64,000 bases of DNA from Promethearchaeota archaeon (GCA_048938105.1 JBHLMN010000001.1:416001-480000), one strand, 5' to 3'; counted from the stretch's first letter, positions 48,915-59,408 are shown. Numbers and translations: made by a program. Notes: a model not told the origin generated them from the letters alone.

Positions 48915-48996
48915 TGTATAACCTATGGAAATCTTTTACCAATTTTATGATACCATTTACATCATTTTAGTCGTAGAAATTAGCGTGTACTGAATC

Positions 48997-50031
48997 TCAC
49001 GTTCTTAAAGTAGCTCGACATTTTTTACATCTAGCTTTTTTGCTTTCTATTATTTTATTCGTTGTATTGCATTTGGGACAATTAACGAACACTTCTTTCA
49101 ACCCAAAATTACCTAAAGTGCCTTGTCCTACTAGAACTGATTTTTCAGCTTGCTGTTTCATTTTCAAAAACAGAGGACTATCCGATTCACTTAAATTTTT
49201 CAATGAATCCCTTAATTCATCTAAATTCGCAGCTTGCTCTTGTTCTTTTCTCTTCTTTTGAAAGTATTCCTTTTTCTGTTTCTGTGTCATCTTTTCTATT
49301 AGCTGTAATTCTTTTAAGCGACTATTGTACTGATTTCGCTGAGAAATAGGTAATTCAGAGAGGAATTCTGGTATATATTTTTTCAATTCAGCAAGAGTCA
49401 TATTAGAAAAATCAAGATCACTAGTAATAATTTTCCCATTATCTTGAGTATTGGTCTTTGGAGGAGGTGGGGGAGGAGGAAGAGATCTCTGAGCTGAAGA
49501 TAAGTTACTTTTTATAGATTTTAGATCATGTTCAATATCCTTTCGGATTGTAGCAAGAATTTCATCTATTATGTCACTCATATAATCTCGTGAGCTTGAA
49601 TTTCCTAATTTCGATTCCATATTTCTTACTTGAGCTTCTAATTCCCCTATTTTCCTATTTTGCGCATGTATTACTTCCCCCTTCCTATAACAATCAAAAC
49701 AAACACCTGAAACAAGCTCATTTTCCATGGTTCCTTTACCGCAAATACCACAGACTCTGAACATCTCACCAAGATCTCTCAATACCTTGGTAAGGCTTTC
49801 ACCTGGATTATTACTCTCTTCCTCAACCTCTATGAGCGCTTTTCTCGCTTTCTCACCAATAGTGGGAAATTCTAATTCCTTCTGATACTCTCCTTCACTT
49901 ATATTCTGAAAATCTTTGTCAATTTCTCCTAATTGTGTAAGAATGTCTTCTAAATTCTTATAAGGATTCTTCAAGACGCTTGAAACCGAAGTAAGCTTCT
50001 TTATTGTTTCTCGTTCTAATCTGTCAGACAT
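48997..50031 (-). CDS. Hypothetical protein: Zn finger, coiled coil, polyproline, C-terminal Zn ribbon
   Basis: CGIC...CFDC, LPPPPPPPK, CPKC...CKKC. Confidence 0.75.
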   Translation of the reverse strand: MSDRLERETIKKLTSVSSVLKNPYKNLEDILTQLGEIDKDFQNISEGEYQKELEFPTIGEKARKALIEVEEESNNPGESLTKVLRDLGEMFRVCGICGKGTMENELVSGVCFDCYRKGEVIHAQNRKIGELEAQVRNMESKLGNSSSRDYMSDIIDEILATIRKDIEHDLKSIKSNLSSAQRSLPPPPPPPKTNTQDNGKIITSDLDFSNMTLAELKKYIPEFLSELPISQRNQYNSRLKELQLIEKMTQKQKKEYFQKKRKEQEQAANLDELRDSLKNLSESDSPLFLKMKQQAEKSVLVGQGTLGNFGLKEVFVNCPKCNTTNKIIESKKARCKKCRATLRT

Positions 50032-50041
50032 TATGCTTACC

Positions 50042-50737
50042 TCATCTACGTTCTAGAGACTGGGCACGGCGAAGGAAAGTACGTGCAACTGTTCGTTCTA
50101 TTGAATCGACCTCAGATCGACTTTCATTTATCACAACAGTAACTATCTTAGCAATTAAATCAAAGTTTGGATCAGCAATTTGAGGAATACCAGATTTCAA
50201 TAATTCTGCAGGTGTAATGTTACGTTGTCTTGCTGCAGTAGTAATCAGATCAAATTGTTCTTTAATCACCTTTATAATCAGGGGATCAATTTGTTCGCTA
50301 TTTTCTAAAGTTTGTTGTTTCAGAAATTTAATCTGTAATTCTCTATCTTCTAATGTACGATATAGATTGTTAACTGTTTTTTGAAGCTCTTCAACTAGAG
50401 AAGTATTTAGAGGGGTTGTTTGAGGTTCCGACTCTTTTAAGACTCTGAGAGGATCATTAAGAAGAATATTTTCTTCTTGGACTATTATGTCTTGATAGAA
50501 TCGTTGCCAATAGGTTTTATGTGGTAAACCAATATATCTTCGACGTTGGCCTTTTGGTAATGAAACTTTAACCACAGCTACTTTGTTTTTATCCTGTAAA
50601 CGATTGATCGCACCGTCAACTTTCCCTCGACTCCAATTTAATCGTGATGTAAGATCATTAATTGTTACAGGACGTTCAAATGACTCTAATTTTGAGTGTA
50701 GAATTTTGTCTGTAACTTCAGCAATTCCTTTTGGCAA
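50042..50737 (-). CDS. Winged-helix plus coiled-coil hypothetical protein
   Basis: TINDLTSRLNWSRGKVDGAINRL wHTH; central coiled coil. Confidence 0.7.
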   Translation of the reverse strand: MPKGIAEVTDKILHSKLESFERPVTINDLTSRLNWSRGKVDGAINRLQDKNKVAVVKVSLPKGQRRRYIGLPHKTYWQRFYQDIIVQEENILLNDPLRVLKESEPQTTPLNTSLVEELQKTVNNLYRTLEDRELQIKFLKQQTLENSEQIDPLIIKVIKEQFDLITTAARQRNITPAELLKSGIPQIADPNFDLIAKIVTVVINESRSEVDSIERTVARTFLRRAQSLERR

Positions 50738-51231
50738 CTATAAACGCTTCCAAATGCTCCTTTCTCATTTATAACTTTAACAGATATCATATAGGCAAGT
50801 CTAAATTGAAATAAGCTATTAATTTTTGTAAGATCTCATTAGAGGCCCAATTATATGATATAAAATTAACATAATCAGGCCTATATAAATTTGTTTATAT
50901 AGAGAAACTTGAAACAGTATTATTATATCAATCAGAATAATATAGACATGTCTAATATTGATTATGTTATTCAATTATTCTAAATTCCTGTTAATCAAAA
51001 GAAAGAAGAAACACCCAAATAGAACATCCATCAAAAAAAAAGAGAATTATACATTTACTAGAGATAAAAACTTAGGTTATCCTTTTATGGCTATTAAATT
51101 TGGTTTGATACATCTGAATTCTCAATATCTAAATGTTAAATTTTTTAAACAATGATTTAGGAGTAATAAATCGATTCAGGGTACAGAATCCTCATATAGA
51201 AGAATTTATGGTATGAGAACAGGCGTTAAAA

Positions 51232-52056
51232 TTGTCATTTGCTATTTATATGATAAGAAATGGACTTTTTGGTCACGATTATGAAATGAAACTATTATTA
51301 ACGTTAATTGGACTGGGTGTTTGCGTCCTATTCATTGTTTTTTCTAAAAAAAATGATTACATCTTTGTTTTTATTACGGGATTGATAATTTGGTCGACAT
51401 TCGAATTAATGATCACTGCTTTTGGCATCAGATCCAGTATTGATGCCTCACTATTTGGAATTGATCTGCATTGGAGCTTAGCGGGTGTTATAAGGGGATC
51501 ATCAGAAGGTTCGGTTGTTGCAATTGTAGGAATCATTTTTGGTGATTATATTCCTAGTAAAAAACATAGAAAAATTGCTATCCCTGCTGCAATTCTATTA
51601 CTCACTTATTTTGTTTCTAGAACTCTCCTAAATGGTCTTCCAGGTAAAAACATAGGAGGAGATGTAATTTCACGAAGAGAAATTTTCGCCTGGCCATCAG
51701 TACTATTTTTTCTTATCTTTACAATCCTTGTTACTACCTGGTATATCTCTCAAAAAGATTCTCAAATCAAGAATAGAGCTCGAAATATGTTCATCTCGAC
51801 TTGTATTTTTTCTTCTATTTGGTCAATTGCTCAATATATTGCAAATACTCGTTGGATAGAAGTGAAAACAAATTCTACTTTCATACAAGCTCCTCCTGTT
51901 GTCGAATTCTTTGTCTTTGCTTGGGATATATTTTTTGAAATTTCTCTATGTTATGTGACTTTTCTGGTTATCCCAATCATGTTGAATTTAATAAAACAAC
52001 CTCAAGAACTTCTTTCATCCATAACGACCAGTTTCAAGCTGGAGATAGAGGAATAG
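51232..52056 (+). CDS. Multi-pass membrane protein
   Basis: About seven hydrophobic segments. Confidence 0.75.
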   Translation: MSFAIYMIRNGLFGHDYEMKLLLTLIGLGVCVLFIVFSKKNDYIFVFITGLIIWSTFELMITAFGIRSSIDASLFGIDLHWSLAGVIRGSSEGSVVAIVGIIFGDYIPSKKHRKIAIPAAILLLTYFVSRTLLNGLPGKNIGGDVISRREIFAWPSVLFFLIFTILVTTWYISQKDSQIKNRARNMFISTCIFSSIWSIAQYIANTRWIEVKTNSTFIQAPPVVEFFVFAWDIFFEISLCYVTFLVIPIMLNLIKQPQELLSSITTSFKLEIEE

Positions 52057-52070
52057 AAATAGTATGGCTT

Positions 52071-52130
52071 CAGAGAGTAATCTAGCTTCTGTTAACTCTT
52101 CAGGGTCACCCATCGGAGTTTCTGACATCA
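52071..52130. repeat. Dispersed repeat, copy 1
   Basis: 52/61 identical to 55723-55783, same orientation. Confidence 0.85.
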
Positions 52131-52425
52131 CTCTCAATGTAACAAAGAAATATCGTTTATATAAAGCCATGTTAACAAGAAATTGATAAAAATAGCAGAA
52201 TGAATAAGACCTTTTAAACCTCAATAATGATAGAGGGATTTTAGAAGATTTTTCCTCTAGGAACAACTGGAAACATGAATTTGCATTTGGAGGCGTAATA
52301 TAACGAAGAAAGAATTTTTAAAGGAGTCAATCAAAGAAAGTAAAATAATTGGTAGAATTAGAACGCATTTAGAGAAACAAAGTAAAAATCTCCCTACTTT
52401 AGTTAAATTAAACTTTCTGGCAATT

Positions 52426-54210
52426 ATGGTGGGTGTGATAGGAGGATTGGGCTCATGGGTCTTTCGATTAGCAATTTCACTTATCTATGAGGTCTTTTTT
52501 TCGCTACCAATGCATATATTGAACCTTTTAGGATTATCTTTCATTAATTGGATACCTTTTCTTCTTGCTCCAATTATTGGTAGTTTAATTGTGGGTTATC
52601 TCACCTCACGAGTGTCAAAAGAAACAAAAGGGCACGGGGTTCCCGAAGTTATTGAATCGGTTGCTTTAAATAATGGAAAAATGAATTTAAGGGTTCCTTT
52701 CGTCAAGATCATTGCTTCTGCAACAACTATTGGCTCTGGTGGATCAGCAGGACGAGAAGGACCGATCTCTCAGATTGGGGCTGGATTTGCGTCCTTAGTA
52801 GGACAGAAATTGAATCTTCCTCCCAAAGAATTGCGGATTCTGGTAATTTCAGGAGTCGCAGCAGGAATAGCGGCTACATTTAATGCACCTATCGGGGGAT
52901 CACTATTTGCCTTGGAAGTATTAACGGGAGAAGGGGGGGCCATAGGGTTATTGATTCCAATAATAATAGCTGCTGTTGTTGGTGTAATAACAGGACAACT
53001 CTTACTGGGAACAAATCCCGCTTTCATTGGATTCCCTACTTTAGAATATCATGAGCCATACTTAATCCCACTTTTTGTGATTTTAGGTTTAATTTGTGGA
53101 ATAGGCTCTGCATTATGGATCAAATTCTTTTATAAAGCAGAAGATATATTTGAATATATATTTAAGAAGCTTAACATTCCTGATATCTTGCAACCAGTTT
53201 TTGGGGGGATATTTGTGGGCTTGACATTAGTTTTGACATACTTTATTGTTGGTGATCAATGGGAAACATTCACCACCATGGGACATACCTATCTTCCCAT
53301 AGATTCTGTTTTCCTGGGTTCATTGTTACAAGGATCTGTTCTGCTAGTTCTCTTTATATTAACTTCACTATTTGTTCTGAAAACCCTTAATACTGCATTC
53401 ACAATCGGTACTGGTGGTTCAGGAGGAGTATTTGCTCCCACTTTGTTTTTAGGGGTCATGTTAGGGGCGATATTTGGAATCATTGTAGATGATATCATTA
53501 TTATTTCCAATACTCCAATATCTCTACTCGCTTTATTAGGAATGGCTGCGTTTTTTGCAGGAACAGGTCGTGCACCATTAACAAGTATTATTATGACTGC
53601 AGAAATGACAGGAGATTATTTCTTAGCCATTCCCTTAATGATAGTAGTTTCAATCAGTTGGATCGTTTCAATAGTTCTTGAGAAAGACAATATTTATACT
53701 CTGAAACTTATTAGGAGAGGAGTCGTCTTACAGGAACCTCTCGCTGATATCCTTGAAACCATAACGGTCGAAAAAGCAATGATCCCAAGGGATAAAGTAA
53801 TCGTGGTAGATACCAAGACAAGATTAGAAACAGTTTTGGAACTTGCCCGTACTACTCGTCACGAGGGATTTCCAGTAGTTGAAAAAGATCTGTTACTTGG
53901 GGTAATCACATTAAATGATGTCCAACAGGCATTATATAACTCTCCGAAGGATTGGAATGTATTTGATGTCTTGTTAACCAAGAAAAAAAATCTTATTTGT
54001 ATACATAAGGAGGCAGCTTTAATGCATGCTGTTCATATTATGGAAAAAAAGGATATTTCTCGTCTTCCTGTGGTAGAAAAACATAGTCAGAAAGACGAAT
54101 TTCCTAAGTTAATTGGGTGGATAACACACCATGATATAATAAGAATCTATATATCAGAAAAAGCACTTGCAACCCTTCAAGCATCTGAAGAACATATATT
54201 TTCTTATTAA
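52426..54210 (+). CDS. ClC chloride channel/antiporter with C-terminal CBS pair
   Basis: GHGVPE, GREGP, FNAP, GGVFAP, RAP, NIY; CBS pair; true start probably ATA at 52300. Confidence 0.93.
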   Translation: MVGVIGGLGSWVFRLAISLIYEVFFSLPMHILNLLGLSFINWIPFLLAPIIGSLIVGYLTSRVSKETKGHGVPEVIESVALNNGKMNLRVPFVKIIASATTIGSGGSAGREGPISQIGAGFASLVGQKLNLPPKELRILVISGVAAGIAATFNAPIGGSLFALEVLTGEGGAIGLLIPIIIAAVVGVITGQLLLGTNPAFIGFPTLEYHEPYLIPLFVILGLICGIGSALWIKFFYKAEDIFEYIFKKLNIPDILQPVFGGIFVGLTLVLTYFIVGDQWETFTTMGHTYLPIDSVFLGSLLQGSVLLVLFILTSLFVLKTLNTAFTIGTGGSGGVFAPTLFLGVMLGAIFGIIVDDIIIISNTPISLLALLGMAAFFAGTGRAPLTSIIMTAEMTGDYFLAIPLMIVVSISWIVSIVLEKDNIYTLKLIRRGVVLQEPLADILETITVEKAMIPRDKVIVVDTKTRLETVLELARTTRHEGFPVVEKDLLLGVITLNDVQQALYNSPKDWNVFDVLLTKKKNLICIHKEAALMHAVHIMEKKDISRLPVVEKHSQKDEFPKLIGWITHHDIIRIYISEKALATLQASEEHIFSY

Positions 54211-54286
54211 ACAACCACTGGATTCAGTATATATTTTCTCTCACTTGAGTTTCCCCTTTCAATCATAAGTTAATTACTCAAACTAA

Positions 54287-54745
54287 TTATTTTTTTTTGT
54301 AAAATGGCCACTGAGAAACCCAACCCTTACCAATGGGTAAAGTTGGAGATAATCGCTGTTCTGTTATCAGCCAAACCATTCCTATCCCTAGTAACAAAAT
54401 TACTGGAAGCATTATACCGATCATATACCAAGTGAGATCTTGTCCCAGGACAGAAAAAGGTGGGATGTCAAAGGTAATCCCTATCGTAATCGTATAGTAA
54501 AGGGTAAAGTCAAGTAGGAAACCAGCTCTTAACCCAACGATGAATAAAACATCTTTATCTTCCATTTGTTTCCATAAAATCACTAATAATATTAGAAGTT
54601 CCCGTAACCCAAACACTAGCCATGTCAAAATAAATAAATTAGATCCTAATAGTGATAGTTGAACATCTCTAAGAACAGCTGCGAGAATCATGAATGTTAG
54701 GCCAATAAAACAACCTACAACATGGAAAAGAGATGCTGGACGCAG
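54287..54745 (-). CDS. Membrane protein (about four TM segments)
   Basis: ORF 54287..54691 extends in frame to a CTG at 54745 downstream of AGGAG. Confidence 0.6.
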   Translation of the reverse strand: MRPASLFHVVGCFIGLTFMILAAVLRDVQLSLLGSNLFILTWLVFGLRELLILLVILWKQMEDKDVLFIVGLRAGFLLDFTLYYTITIGITFDIPPFSVLGQDLTWYMIGIMLPVILLLGIGMVWLITEQRLSPTLPIGKGWVSQWPFYKKK

Positions 54746-54842
54746 TTTAATCTCCTATTTTTTGTACACCTATTACTCGAATTAACAGTCCTCATCTTTA
54801 AGATTTTCGATCCCACTTTTACCGAATAGCTCTAGTGTTACT

Positions 54843-55628
54843 TTAGTCTGAAAAAGCATTCTTAACCTCTTTTAGAAATGAGTCTCTTTCTGTAAAGAAT
54901 GATTTGATTGGTTTGCCGTTAACAATGCAGAAAGAGATTTTTCCACGCTTCTCACATTCCACAGGCTCATTATATTGATTAATGATCCTTATCGGGGCCT
55001 GTGGTACCGCTTCCTCTACCAATTTCTTGATAGCTTTAGTAAAACGAACACAAAAAGGACATGAGATGTCAACGAAAATTAATACTTTTCCTTCATCCTC
55101 TTTTTGAGGAATATAGCACGTATATTTCGGAACATATACAAATCCCTTTTGAATAGGATAATAGAGGAGAAAAGGGTGATTATCGTAAACTTTTTGAAAG
55201 CCTCCAAGAATAAAGAATTCCTTTTGAGAGAAGCGCCCAGGCACATCAAATGTATGTGCTACAAGTGCCAATGGTGGTTTGTCATTAAAATAATGTTGAG
55301 GGTATTGCATCTCTTCAAGTAACGCTTTTAATAAGGCATTACCCACTCCTCTACGATGATACTCCTTTTCAGGTACAAATATACATGTTATCTTAATTAA
55401 ACGCTCATCAATATCTGGTAAGTACTGAATAAATCCAACAAGTTTTGAATTGAAAAAAGCTAGTTTGGCAATGCTTCCATATTTCTTTAGATTCTGCTTT
55501 ATCCATTTTTTCTTTAGCTTAGATCCTTCTATAAAAAGGGGATCATCTTGTTGGTCAGGTGGAAGACACAAGTTGATCAGATCATCAATATGTGCCATAT
55601 TGAGGTCTTTAAGTTCAATTCTTGTCAA
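54843..55628 (-). CDS. GNAT acetyltransferase with C-terminal YoaP/thioredoxin-like CPFC domain
   Basis: VGFIQY, ITCIFV, RRGVGNALL, CPFC. Confidence 0.8.
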   Translation of the reverse strand: MTRIELKDLNMAHIDDLINLCLPPDQQDDPLFIEGSKLKKKWIKQNLKKYGSIAKLAFFNSKLVGFIQYLPDIDERLIKITCIFVPEKEYHRRGVGNALLKALLEEMQYPQHYFNDKPPLALVAHTFDVPGRFSQKEFFILGGFQKVYDNHPFLLYYPIQKGFVYVPKYTCYIPQKEDEGKVLIFVDISCPFCVRFTKAIKKLVEEAVPQAPIRIINQYNEPVECEKRGKISFCIVNGKPIKSFFTERDSFLKEVKNAFSD

Positions 55629-55722
55629 TACATTCTACTCATATGATTTAAATCGGAATTTTCGAGACATTAAAGAAGAAAGATAGCCAAACCTCTTACA
55701 AAGAAGTGAGAGGGCGTCGATC

Positions 55723-55783
55723 CAGAGAGTAATTCAGCTTCTATTAGCTCGTCAGGGTCACTCCATCAGAAGTTCTGACATCA
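55723..55783. repeat. Dispersed repeat, copy 2
   Basis: 52/61 identical to 52071-52130. Confidence 0.85.
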
Positions 55784-55869
55784 AAGTACGTGTCGTTCAT
55801 TAAATTTACCCTGAAATCTTTTTAAATTTATAGGGAAATGGAAGTATCTGAATGTGAGGGATAAAGAAG

Positions 55870-57939
55870 TTGAAGAAATATCATTTGAATCTAGTATTTA
55901 GATCTCTTTTATTCTTTATTTTGATTAGGACTATGCTCTACAATTCATCTATAAATTCATTAGATTCTGATGAGACATTAAGTCCACTAAAGGCTACTTC
56001 TATAGAAGCTAAAACAAGTTATTACGATATTTCTAATTATATATATGTTGAGAATGACTCTGAATTAGCCAAAGTAGCAAGTAGCGGCAGCGGCTTAAAC
56101 GAAGACCCCTATATCATCGAGCGCAAAAATATAACCACAACCTTTCCTTTGGGAATCTATATCAGTGGTACATCAAAATATTTTGTAATTAGAAATTGTT
56201 TTGTTAGTACGGGTCTGATTTGGGGTCATATTGGGATTTATCTAGAATATGTAGCAGCAGGAACAGCTAGGATCATTAACAATACCTGCAAAAATAACAG
56301 TGATGGAATAAAAATCTATTATTCAAACAATTGCACAATTAGCAACAATACTTGTCAAAACAATAGTCTAGGATTTTTCACCGCAGGAATATCAATCTAT
56401 CATTCTAATAATTGTATAATAAATAATAACACTTGTAAAGGAAATGTTGTTGGAATTAATATTGAGAATTCCAATTCAGCATTAGTTTTGAATAATTCGT
56501 GTAGTCAGAACATACAGGGAGGTGTTAATATCATTAATTGTGAGTTTATACAAATTATTAACAATACATTCTTTGATAACAGCATTAGATTCAATACTTT
56601 CACGAAAAAGAGCTACTTTTCATATGTAGTCCAAAATAATTTTTTTGACTCCCTCCCTATTGGCTATATTATCAATCAAAGCGATATATTAATTTCGAAA
56701 ATTTATAGACAACTCATTCTAGTCAATTGTATAAATGTTACTATTCGTGATTATGATAATACAATTCTAGCCTTAAATTTTTACTATTGCACGAGTTGCC
56801 ACATCATCAATAATAGTTTCGCTCATACTTGGTCTGGTGTGGAACTTTTAGGTTCGATCGCTATACGGATCCATAATAATACGTTCTTAGATTGTTACAT
56901 AGGTCTATCCACTGTTTTCTCTAATTCCTCTTTCATTACCAACAACTCATTTTTTCAATGTATGGCTGGTATTTATTTAAGTCATTCTTCTTCTTCAATA
57001 TTAACTAACAATTTATGTAATCAAAATGAGGCATTTGGAATATATGTTGGGTACCAATCGCCAAATACTATTATTGACAGTAATATCTGTAATCACAATA
57101 AAGGAAATGGAATTCAGACTGAAGATGCAGGATCACCTATTCTGAAAAACAATTTATGTAATGAGAATAGTCGTTATGGTATAGATATTGAGGATAAAGC
57201 CAGTGTTATAAATAATACATGCAATCAAAATGGATTGGAAGGTATTCAACTTTTTGATTTTGAATCATCTAGCGTTAGTAATAATACTTGTAACGAAAAT
57301 AATGGGAGTGGTATTTTCATATGGTCTTCAGATAACGTTATTGCTTCTAACAACAATTGTACGAAAAATAAAATAAGTGGAATACAACTATTATCGTCAG
57401 GTTCCTCAATAATTAAGAAAAATTTCTGTACACACAATGATCGCGATGGACTTCTGCTTGAGCGTTCTGATGACTGCATTATCAGTTTTAATTCTTTTGA
57501 ACACAACACTGAATATGGGGTTACACTTAGTGACGAATCCTCCAACAATATTATATATTCCAACCGTTTTATTGATAATGGGGTAACTAAAAATTTCAAT
57601 TCTCAAGCTTATGACGATTCAATGAATAATTCTTGGTATGATTCATCAAGGAGTGTAGGTAATTGCTGGTCTGATTATTCTGGGTCTGGGTTTTATGTTA
57701 TTGCTGGGACTGCAGATTCGGTAGATCAATATCCAAACTATTGCGATAACAAAACATCTATCAGTACATTTACTCAGGTGCCTTTATCTAACTCTTCTAT
57801 CCAACCAACTTCTATAAGTCAAACTTCTGTAACAACCAGACTTATTACGACAACTTCGATAGCCTTAGTTCATGGTTTTGGGATTATCCTAATATTTGTG
57901 ACAGCTGTTCTGGCAAGGATGAAAAGAAGAAACAGATAG
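55870..57939 (+). CDS. Surface right-handed beta-helix (NosD/CASH) protein with Ser/Thr linker and C-terminal TM anchor
   Basis: N-terminal hydrophobic segment, GSG...DPYIIE, many GI.I..S.NN.C..N repeats, GNCWSDYSG, D.YP, HGF-TM-KRRNR. Confidence 0.85.
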   Translation: MKKYHLNLVFRSLLFFILIRTMLYNSSINSLDSDETLSPLKATSIEAKTSYYDISNYIYVENDSELAKVASSGSGLNEDPYIIERKNITTTFPLGIYISGTSKYFVIRNCFVSTGLIWGHIGIYLEYVAAGTARIINNTCKNNSDGIKIYYSNNCTISNNTCQNNSLGFFTAGISIYHSNNCIINNNTCKGNVVGINIENSNSALVLNNSCSQNIQGGVNIINCEFIQIINNTFFDNSIRFNTFTKKSYFSYVVQNNFFDSLPIGYIINQSDILISKIYRQLILVNCINVTIRDYDNTILALNFYYCTSCHIINNSFAHTWSGVELLGSIAIRIHNNTFLDCYIGLSTVFSNSSFITNNSFFQCMAGIYLSHSSSSILTNNLCNQNEAFGIYVGYQSPNTIIDSNICNHNKGNGIQTEDAGSPILKNNLCNENSRYGIDIEDKASVINNTCNQNGLEGIQLFDFESSSVSNNTCNENNGSGIFIWSSDNVIASNNNCTKNKISGIQLLSSGSSIIKKNFCTHNDRDGLLLERSDDCIISFNSFEHNTEYGVTLSDESSNNIIYSNRFIDNGVTKNFNSQAYDDSMNNSWYDSSRSVGNCWSDYSGSGFYVIAGTADSVDQYPNYCDNKTSISTFTQVPLSNSSIQPTSISQTSVTTRLITTTSIALVHGFGIILIFVTAVLARMKRRNR

Positions 57940-58218
57940 TATTGAATGATATCTTCTTTGGACTCAAGGTCAGTTTTAAATGGAGCCATATCATTACAAG
58001 TCTCATTAATGTAAAAGACGTGAGAAGGGTTAGGTTTGATCTTGTTTCTATCACTTAGGCTTTTACGGTTGATTTTCAATAATTTTCCCTTAAGAGAAAT
58101 TTACTAAGATTGGAAGTCATTTTAATTTAATATTATTATGAATATTTTTAATTACAAAAAATATCAGGTTTTTTAAATGGACTCAGAAATAATCCTCATA
58201 TAATCAATTCAATGAAAG

Positions 58219-59232
58219 GTGATCCATATATCATCTCAAGAGAAACAGCCTCATCCTGCATGGTATAAAGTAAGTGAAATTAATTATGGTCGTGAAACTA
58301 TTATCTGGATAACAATCATGGGTCTAATCTTAAGTGTGATTGGAACTTTCATTAGTATATTGTTTTTATTCTTCTTAGGGATAATTAATCTCCCAAGGGA
58401 ATTCCAAATCATTATTGATCCTGTTTCCCCTCTTATTGTTATGTTGATTATTGGATGCTTTCATGAAGGAATTCATGGTCTTGTTTTTAAATTCTATGGA
58501 AAAAATGTAAAATATGGATTCAAAATTATGTATAATGTTATTCCTGTTTTCTATGCTTATTCTAAAGGAATTTTCTTTAGGAACCAACTTATCATCGTCT
58601 GTTTAGCCCCTTGTTTTCTGATCACAGCTGCCCTTTCAATTATTTTGATTATAACTATTTATCAAAACTTAGTTTGGATTTCATTATTTCTTATTGCAAT
58701 AATTCTTGCTCATCTTGCGGGATGTGGTGGAGATTTCTATCTCACATATCAATTATTGAAATATCCTTCAACAGTAATTGTAGAAAATACAGGAGTTGAT
58801 GATCCATTCATTATTTGGAATGATTCAGAATTAAAATCACTGAACTATTCTATTATTCCCCAAACTTGGATTATTCCTAGATATCTGAATCCAGTACTAA
58901 AATATAGCAGAAATTTAGCAAGTGGTTTATGTCTATTCCTTCTATTGGTAATATTAGGAGTAACAATTCTAGGTATACTTCTTCCAGTGATAATGATACC
59001 ACTGATGACAAAAGAACTTCAACTGTTGGGTTTTCATTATATAAGAACTTCAATTGGGATAGAAATTAGCTGGGTTCATCCCTGGGAATTACTAATGATT
59101 AGCTTCCTAGGAACTATTTCAATTTATGTTAGTTATAGGAAGATCTTCAGTTTAAAACGAAAGAAATCATTAGAAAGTGAAGTAGATGATTCTTCTGAAA
59201 ATGAAAATGCAGGAATCCCATTTTTTATTTAA
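58219..59232 (+). CDS. DUF3267-like membrane zinc metalloprotease
   Basis: HEGIHG, LAP, GCGGDFY; multi-TM. Confidence 0.75.
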   Translation: MIHISSQEKQPHPAWYKVSEINYGRETIIWITIMGLILSVIGTFISILFLFFLGIINLPREFQIIIDPVSPLIVMLIIGCFHEGIHGLVFKFYGKNVKYGFKIMYNVIPVFYAYSKGIFFRNQLIIVCLAPCFLITAALSIILIITIYQNLVWISLFLIAIILAHLAGCGGDFYLTYQLLKYPSTVIVENTGVDDPFIIWNDSELKSLNYSIIPQTWIIPRYLNPVLKYSRNLASGLCLFLLLVILGVTILGILLPVIMIPLMTKELQLLGFHYIRTSIGIEISWVHPWELLMISFLGTISIYVSYRKIFSLKRKKSLESEVDDSSENENAGIPFFI

Positions 59233-59287
59233 AAAATCAATAGCTATTAACAAAAGGATTCAATGAGATGAAAAAGGAGAAAGACCG

Positions 59288-59350
59288 ATGAGGAACAAGC
59301 GAGCATTTAAAGACAAAATTGTGACCCTCACGGATTTTTTCAGTGCCTAG
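59288..59350 (+). CDS. Candidate 20-aa microprotein MRNKRAFKDKIVTLTDFFSA
   Basis: AAGGAG 8 nt upstream of ATG; too short for the ORF track. Confidence 0.25.
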   Translation: MRNKRAFKDKIVTLTDFFSA

Positions 59351-59408
59351 CACTCCTTCTTCCTTTAGTTTTTATAATAGTACAGTAGTAATTGACAGGA
59401 AAGGTATA

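Noticed and set aside
52426-54210. Fluoride-specific CLC-F with an upstream fluoride riboswitch
   Set aside because: Has GHGVP/GREGP/GVFAP and the central Tyr typical of chloride-type ClC; no riboswitch consensus upstream
52071-55783. Hammerhead ribozyme in the dispersed repeat (CTGAnGAG on the minus strand)
   Set aside because: The required GAAA is missing (TAGA and TGAAT instead), and no stem I can form next to CUGA
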